Shown here in pieces: positions 56,013 to 64,000 of a stretch of DNA of 64,000 bases; positions within the stretch are counted from its first letter, which is position 1, and each line of letters begins with the position of its first letter. This DNA is from Adineta vaga (taxonomy: Eukaryota; Animalia; Rotifera): assembly GCA_021613535.1 (NCBI GenBank), contig CP075495.1:7874001-7938000 (forward strand). The letters run 5' to 3'. The translations under genes and the position numbers were made by a program. The notes beneath the pieces are model-generated. The model was not told the DNA's origin. It did no database searches and saw only the letters and a list, made by a program, of their open reading frames with translations.

Positions 56013-58023
56013 AGATCGACATTTCAGAAAGAAAACAAAAGCCAAGAACGACGTGAAAAGCGTTTTTTATACGTATATGTTATAGATTACACAAACTTAT
56101 TACGCACATTCTGTATCTAAATTTGTAAGCAATTACGTTTCATCCAAGAAATAAAATACAGACGCAATACCCATGTAAAAAAAAGGTAAAAAATCTGATT
56201 TTCATCGATTTTTCGATGATGAAAAATCGATTTAAATGGCACGATTTACATCCGATTTTTCATCGGCAAAAAATCAATAGAAATCGATTTTTATGAATTT
56301 TTCCAAAATAATCGATTTTAATCGGTGTCATCAATATTCTTGCATAAGTGAGTGAATACCGAGCTATGTCGTACCTGGAAGTATGATAAGAGTACCGCTG
56401 GTTGCTCTACCACTGTACCTACTATTTGTCGATGCAAGGATTCTGAAAACAAGGTCGAGAAGTCTGATCGATAGTCAGAAACGAGAGAAAAACACGTTTT
56501 TTCTTCATTATGATTAAAATCGACTTTTTTGCTGAGAATTCATCGATCAAAATTTATTCTTTTCAATGGTTTAATCAATGAAAATCACTCTCTATTATAA
56601 AAATCTATTTAGATCGATTTCATAGCAGAAATCTGTTAAAATCTATTATGTGTCACGATTTAATCAGAAAATGTGGTATTTGGTTAAAAAATTCAAAACA
56701 TTGAAATCTACTGCTTGTAGAAAATTGTATCTTTAGTTCCCTCCACTAATTGTATAGTAGGTAATTCGCACGACTAGTCTACTGTTTTCTTTTGCACGCG
56801 CACGCGACAGACTATTTATGTAACAAATTAGTGTTCTATTACCTTTCCGTGTATAACTGTCTTATCGAATCATGTTGTCTATAAAAATACTTAAGCAATT
56901 TCAATTTACGAATATAAGTTAAGATTTTTAATAAGAAGATAAATATTCCATATCTTGTTTTATTCCAGAATAAATCTGGATATTTCGAAATCTTATCAAT
57001 ACATTCTCACATGCTTCTCTTTTTCTCATCTAGAATAGTTAAAGATTTTTTTTATTTACCGCGACATGTCCAGATAAGACTAGTTTTGTTTGTGTAATAC
57101 AAAAAAGAAATATTTTATTCAATGAAATACTTCTGAATTGTAAAATACTCGACAATTGGTTTGATCAAGTCGACAAAGAGGAAAACATAACTTGTTTGTT
57201 TAAATTTAATTTGTTCCAGCTTTCAATAGGTTTCCTATGATCTGGAAATACAGTTTATGTTGTCGAATATCTTTATTCACATATAAAAGCCCATTTGATG
57301 AAAAATAATCATTAGTTTATTCTTTTTCTTTGACACTAATCACTGTTATTCATCAAAATACCCACGATAAACTATTACTAAAGTACATAATAAATCGATG
57401 TTAATTGTATTTCATTGTTGTCTAAGATTAAATAACAGACTCTCATTAACAAAACGCGTGTCATACCATTCATTGATTGCATTATCTTAAAGTGAAGAAA
57501 TATCCTTTTAATATTGAAGCAACTATTACCTGTTTTATTGTAGAAGAGTATTCAGAAGAGGACTTAGATAGATTTTTATTTCTGATAAACATGTATTGAC
57601 ATCATCAGATTGTTACAATAACACAAGCTTTTTTTCCCCGTTGTAAAAATACGAAAAATAATCGTTAACATCCATCTAACGACGAACTTTCAAAAAGTGC
57701 AAATTCATCAAATGAATAAATCATAATCATGTTGAAGTCTAGGGAACGATCGTAAAAGTTGCTATGCATACTATTTTATCTTCAAGTTTCATAATAATAA
57801 AAATTTTATTCTCTTCAGTAGTCAAGTATCGTTCTTCGATACTTACCTCAATGTTGTTTGTTTTTTTCTGTTTCTAACTGAATATGATTCGATACTAGAG
57901 ATCTTAGTAGTGATTTTTACATATTTTATTGATTATTTATAACAACATACAGTAGATAGAGATCGAATATATACAGATTATAATTAGTCATTAAATCATT
58001 CGAAAAAATGAATTTGAAAGTAT

Positions 58024-59314
58024 CTAATGAGTAAGAATATTACTGTTTGGTAATCCCGATCTGATCTTTGTAGAAGATCTTTGTGCTGTACGAACGCTAA
58101 TAGATCCATCTTTGTTATGTACGACAAGAAGACTATATTGTTCTTCATTTTCCATCTGATTCGATACGGATTGACTATTTAATGTATTTAAATTAACAAA
58201 ACTAAATTGATATTGAGTTGATGTACAAATATAAAGTAATGGAATCCATATGACTGATGATTTAGCAAAACAAGCACATAGAAATGTGGCTAATGGCGAT
58301 ACTGCATAATCTTTACCTTGAAATGCTGAAACAAATAATGTAATAGCATACGGTGTCCAAGTGAAAATAAAACCACATGTTGTAATAACTATACCTAAAT
58401 GATAGATAAAAGTAAATAGTTCATTGATTGATGTCTTACTTTTAACTATACGTCGTTCCATTTCAAGACGTTTTCGACTAAGTAAAATATTGATACCATG
58501 TTCGATTTTATTACGCATACTTTTCAAACCAAAGAAAGTTATAGAATTCGAAACGAAAAGAATTATTAATGGTATAGCATATACAAATATAAATAGAAAA
58601 TATGTAAATGACACATATGAAAAACGTCGATCATACCAATTGATACAGCATGATGTACGAGCGCCCTAGAAATATAGTTCATATCATTCATTTTTTAATA
58701 TTTTTTTAAAACTAAAACGAACTTCCATCGTATATTCATTCCATCCAAGAATAGGTAAAATTGACCAAATAAAAGCAATAAATACAGCAAAACATGAGAT
58801 AACGACCGATTTTTTAATCTAAATTTTTTTTATAGAAAATCTTCTATCATCGTACAAACTATTGCTGACTTACTGTAATACTGTTAGCCTTATATGGACA
58901 TATAATAATATAGCATCGACTCATACTAACAACACAGAGTAAATAAGAACTTGAACATCCATATAAAAATGCTATAAGTGCACTCAATTGACAACCTGTA
59001 CGTGCATATAACCATTTGCAATAGATTGATGATGTACCAGTTAGTGGTAGAATTGTACATGATGCGATAAGACCCATAATTGCAATAAATAGAACATACA
59101 AATTCGATGTTGAACGAAGTGCTTTATATCGAATAAAACTGTAAATCAGAACTCCATTTAATAGAATGCCAATAAATGCTGAAATACATAAGAGTATGCC
59201 GATAATACGAACGATATCACAATTAATAGGTGTTGGTCGACTCCAGAAGAATGGATCAGTTAAAGAAAGATTTTCATCGAGTATTACAGAATAGTTGAAC
59301 CAGTTGAACGACAT
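58024..59314 (-). CDS. Opsin-family GPCR, 4 exons
   Basis: Exons 59314-58874, 58818-58723, 58666-58440 and 58394-58024. PILGWNEYTME/GARTSCCINW (E181-equivalent), TWTPYA, and TM7 FAKSS with the retinal-binding Lys (codon 58263-58261). Confidence 0.88.
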
Positions 59315-60030
59315 TGTAAACCTTGTCTTAAAATAGAATTAATCCTAAGAATAATTCAAATATACTTACCTATTCTATGTTTTTTCCGTCTTATATATTG
59401 CCCATCTCTCGGCATCATACAACTTATATTCGCATCATTTATATTCTAAAGAGGTATTTCGCTACAGTGAATTTCTTCTCACATGTATAATTTGTCGCAT
59501 CACAGTGGTGTTAGAAAATTAATTTTTGTCTCCAGAGAGGATGTGCTTGTCACCAAAAAAAAGGAAGACATTTGAACTAATTCGATAATTACATCAAAAG
59601 CATATACTCAAATATTAAGTACGAAAATATTCTTCCTTTTCTATACATCTCCACGTGTAGTTGACACGTGTCTAAAGTTCTGATTGCCAAGAGAATAAGT
59701 AGAAAGACAGATCCCATAGATATTTCTGCTAATAATGTATTTTATTATTCGTGACTAACAATATCTTTAGGCAGAAAAAAAGAACGAATTTTTTGACACA
59801 AAAAAAAACGATTTGTTCACAAAAGAAATGATTCGGACACAGCAAAACACGATTAAATATAAATAGAAAAGACGACATTAGAATAGATAAAATCAATGCA
59901 CACGAACAAATAAGATACAAAGAAAAAAGTTTAAATTACATCTAAACATCGGAAGACTAAAGAAAAATGAGATTATTTGTTTTCTTTTCATTCTTTAAAT
60001 GACTAGATTAATCATGTTATTTGATTATTA

Positions 60031-62387
60031 TTAGTTAGATGTGATCAGATCAGCAGCCGTAAGTGGACCTTCAAGAAATAATTGTCGAACATTTAACAAT
60101 GCCGATAATTCAAGAATCATTTTATGAACTTGAACATTTTCAAGAAGATCATTGGATAATTGTGGTTGAGATGATGGATAAAAACCAGATCCCTACAAAA
60201 TATTCATTCACTTTCTTTTTTTCCTTCAAAACTTCTAATCAACTTACTTTAAATGCTCGATGTAAACGTAGAACAGCATAGCAAAATACATATCGTGCAA
60301 GAAATAAACGTAAAAATTCATCCGCAAAAAAATGATAAATTGTACTATCTATTTCAATGGAAAGAAAAAACATACAACTATATTAAATCTTTAGTTTCTT
60401 TCTTACCAACAAGTTTTGATTTGAGAAAAATTTTGATTATTTCAAAAATCATTTTATTAATATGTTCTTGACACATATTCCATTGTTCATTTGTTAAATC
60501 ATTTAAATGACAAACAAAACAAAATGCATATACAGGTGATGTTAAAAATAATGTAAATAAACTGCCTTTATTTTGATAATCTATTGGAAAAGATTCAATG
60601 AAATGTATTTTATTTTCTTTGTATCTTACTATGAAATACTGTAGGTAATTTAATTGGTGAAAGTAGAGAAATCAATGGTTGTCCAAATAAATTCGGCATA
60701 TTTTGAAATGTAATACTATTATTACTATCAATAATTAAGAATAATGGTTTACGTAGAAATGGATAAAGATCTCCTGGAAAGATATTATGAGCATCTTTGA
60801 TTGATCCTGTTGTTGATGAATTTAGTGGTGGAATTGATGGTGATGACTTTTTTGCTAAGGTATTTGTTGTTGATGTTGGTGGTGAATTTGGACTTTCAAT
60901 TGTATCGTCATGACGATTATTAGTTTTGACACCACCAAAATCATACGATTGTTCAACTTTACTTTTCAAATGTGTATCATAACCATCAGCTGATATGTAG
61001 AGAAGAAGAGTACCATGAGGTGATAATTCTTTGAAGGCAGAAGCAGCAAAAGCATAGATTTGACTAAATGTTGGTTTGTAAAGTAGATATTTATGAGGAT
61101 TAGGTCGATTTTGAAAATCACCATCGTAAAAATTCTAAATTGAAAAAAGATAAAGTCAACAGTGATTATCGTTAGAACATATCAAATTAAAAGAAGAAAA
61201 AAAGAAGTTCTTATTTGATCTCTATATGTCACGATAGATTAGATCTCATGAGATTCTCAAATTAAATTCGAACAATCAATCATATTATCATACATGAATG
61301 TCACGTTGTTGATGATTTGTTGATGCTGGTGATTGAATTGTTGATTTCTCATCTAATGATGTCAAAGAATCAATAGCTTGTCTTTCAACTGCTTGTAATA
61401 TTCGATACATATCAATGGTTACTAAACGAAAGACGAAAACTCTTTCTTAAATAAACGAAATTTTTCTTTACATTCACTAAATTTAATTTGATCTTGATAA
61501 TTTCCAATGATAAGAATTTCTTCGATGACATACATTTGAATATTTGAAAGAATCTTCTCTGAACCTGTTGGTAATGGTGGTATCATTGAATTGGTTAAAC
61601 GATATGATAATGTTATTGGACTATGATCAATATTTAATTGATTATCAACATCGATAAATGAAGAGATTTCATTCAGAACCAGTTGCCATTCAAGACTATC
61701 ATCTGGATCATAAGCTTTAACATATTCATCAATTTGTCGATTTAATTCTCGTACTAATTCTCGCATAATTTTCGTTTTTTTCAAAAGAAGACAAACAACG
61801 ATAAATCGTGCGTAATAACGTAATTTTTTAACCATTAAATCCGGTTTTTCTTCACGATTGACTTTTGAATAATAAGCACGTGAACGTATGGCAGAATAAA
61901 ATGCAAATGCTTCATTTAAATAATTCGTTTCAGATGTACGAATATAAAAATGATAATAAAGTTGACCAATTTTTGAAGCAATTTCACCTATTTGATAACG
62001 TTTCAAACCATATTTTTTATCGAGAAGCACACTAGTTTAAAAAGAAAATTGAATGAACAATCATAAATCGTATTTTGTTTTTCATACCGATGTTGTTGTT
62101 GAAATTTCCATAATTTTGTATAGATATCAAATGTACGTCCAAAATAAGGTTGCCATTGTTTATGTCCATATTGTGGAAGATCTCTGTAAATAAATCTATG
62201 CATCATAGTTTATCAATTCTTGAAAATATTACCTCAATCCATTGAATAATTGTTTCGATTTTTCTAATAGATGACCAAATTCTTGAACAATTTTTTCTTC
62301 ATAATCTTCATTATGATTTTCATTAAATTGTTGTTGATCAGTCGGTGATGTATTTTTTTCTGTTGGCGTCATACCTGCTGCTGTCAT
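60031..62387 (-). CDS. SCAI: Protein SCAI (suppressor of cancer cell invasion), multi-exon
   Basis: EFGHLLEKSKQLFNGLR/DLPQYGHKQWQPYFGRTFDIYTKLWKFQQQHR, YGLKRYQIGEIASKIGQLYYHFYIRTSETNYLNEA, KKLRYYARFIVVCLLL, NPHKYLLYKPTFSQ and PGDLYPFLRKPLFLIIDS. Confidence 0.95.
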
Positions 62388-62650
62388 ACTTGTCTTATCA
62401 TGAGGAAAAAGATGTTCTTTTCGTCAAAATCTATAAAATACAAAAAAAGACTCAAATAAATCGATTAATTAGAATGTTTTTGTTCACGTTTGCATTTATT
62501 TCCATGATTAATCGCTTATTCGTTAGAGATATGGACGGAAAAATGAAATAACAACATAAATACAATTACAATATGAAGAAGCACACGGAAAGATTCAAAA
62601 AAGAAAAATTGATTCTCTAAAGTTACAAATTCACAATAAGAATACGATAA

Positions 62651-64000
62651 TTAAGCAAACATTTGCATGCTGGCAAAATTATAAAATTTATCAAGCTGTT
62701 CATTTGCATCATTCGCTGATTGACTTATAAAATCTAGAATTAGAAATTAAACATTTCTTTTTCCTTGAAAATAAGATTAAATGTTGAATCCTTACGAGGT
62801 AAATTGGAATATTTTGTTGTAAGTAAAGTTCGTAAGGCTTGTTGACATAATTGTACACAATTTGTACCAGCAAATTCCAATCCGAGTACAGGACCTTTAT
62901 TTACTAGTGAACTGTACGTTTTAATACCAGAAAATAAGCGTTCAGCACTCATTTCATTGATTGTATAAAATTTCGTCTGAACAAGTACAAGCTAAATTTA
63001 ACAAAAATGAATCTTATTATTCGATTATAGAAAGACGATTCATATACTTCAGATTGTTTGGTCATAGCGATTAATTCTCGAGCACAAGCACTAGCATTTG
63101 CATCATGAAATAATACAACTAAACAACGCTAAAATTTAATCAAGCAAATTTTTTGTTTTTCTTTCGCTACAATCAATTCGATTGATCTTACTTCTTCATT
63201 TCGATGACGATATAATTCTCCATACGTAAATGGTGTAACACTTGTTTCCATACTATCATTTATATTTAAATGACTACATGATGGATCAATTGGAATTGGT
63301 AAATGTTTAAATACATTCTCATTCTATTGCAAAACAAAATCAAACTATTGATTCAATACAAACTTCATAATCATACTTGATCAAGTAAACTGTAATTTTT
63401 TGAATCAGGAATTGAAGTAAAATCATGAATATTTCCCCAAGTATTATTCCATGGATTAATACCAGCTGAACTGTATTGTTCTAGAATTTCAATGAATATC
63501 TAAATAAATATATATCTATTCTTTTTTTGATTTATTTTTACCTGATAAATGTTGATAATTAAATGTTAAACATCCAAATTTGATATTGTGTGATGATTCA
63601 ATAATTGGTTGACTACCACAGGTTAAGTAAACATGTAGATCTCGACAATCTCGTGTACGAAATTGTTGACAGATTGTTGCTAATACACAATTTGTTGAAT
63701 CTCGAATGAAAATACTGAAAAAGAAAACATGTTTTTGATCAGATCTAATCGATATCTAAATATACCTTCCACGAACTGGACCAATAAAAATACGACAATT
63801 GGTACAATCATCAATTTGTATTTGACCAGTATGATCAAAAACATAAACAATACAATTCTATAGGAAAGAAATCAATCAATTGATAATCTAACGATTCGTC
63901 GCATTAACTCACGTCACAATTTTGTACTAGAAGACGAAAAAAAAAGTCTTTTTTTTTTAGAACAAAAACAAATGTGCAAAAGTTACCTATGAACTGTTGT
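62651..64000 (-). CDS. RP2: Protein XRP2 (TBCC/C-CAP domain plus NDPK-like domain; ARL3 GAP), 5'-truncated
   Basis: [72 protein letters not shown] and C-terminal [19 protein letters not shown]. Stop at 62653-62651. Confidence 0.93.

Overview
AT-rich eukaryotic (metazoan) genomic DNA with many short GT-AG introns (mostly 45-110 nt). The gene content and intron style suggest a bdelloid rotifer or similar small invertebrate; this is inference only. Most ORF-track entries are exon fragments or shadow ORFs, so I rebuilt the genes by hand across introns. Left part: a divergent TALE-class homeobox gene, an SLC13 transporter, a PPEF/rdgC phosphatase, SGF29, Rho1/RhoA, an orexin/allatotropin-type receptor, an unannotated small 3-exon gene that may encode a secreted protein, a histone H3.3 variant, and tandem SNX27 and SNX17. 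Right end: an atypical opsin, SCAI and RP2 (5' end cut off). The most striking part is 32.2-56.0 kb, a cluster of five RING-zinc finger-coiled coil-MATH TRAF genes. Four of them, plus a duplicated upstream block carrying NF-kB-like and AP-1 sites, form a roughly 20.6 kb nested, interrupted palindrome. The copies are mosaics of one another in 100-1100 bp near-identical tracts, some including introns. The MATH core is almost invariant while the RING and coiled-coil regions diverge. One copy has two in-frame stops, and one has a frameshift that creates an in-frame rescue splice acceptor. I infer an innate-immune adaptor locus that is shuffled and homogenised by gene conversion.
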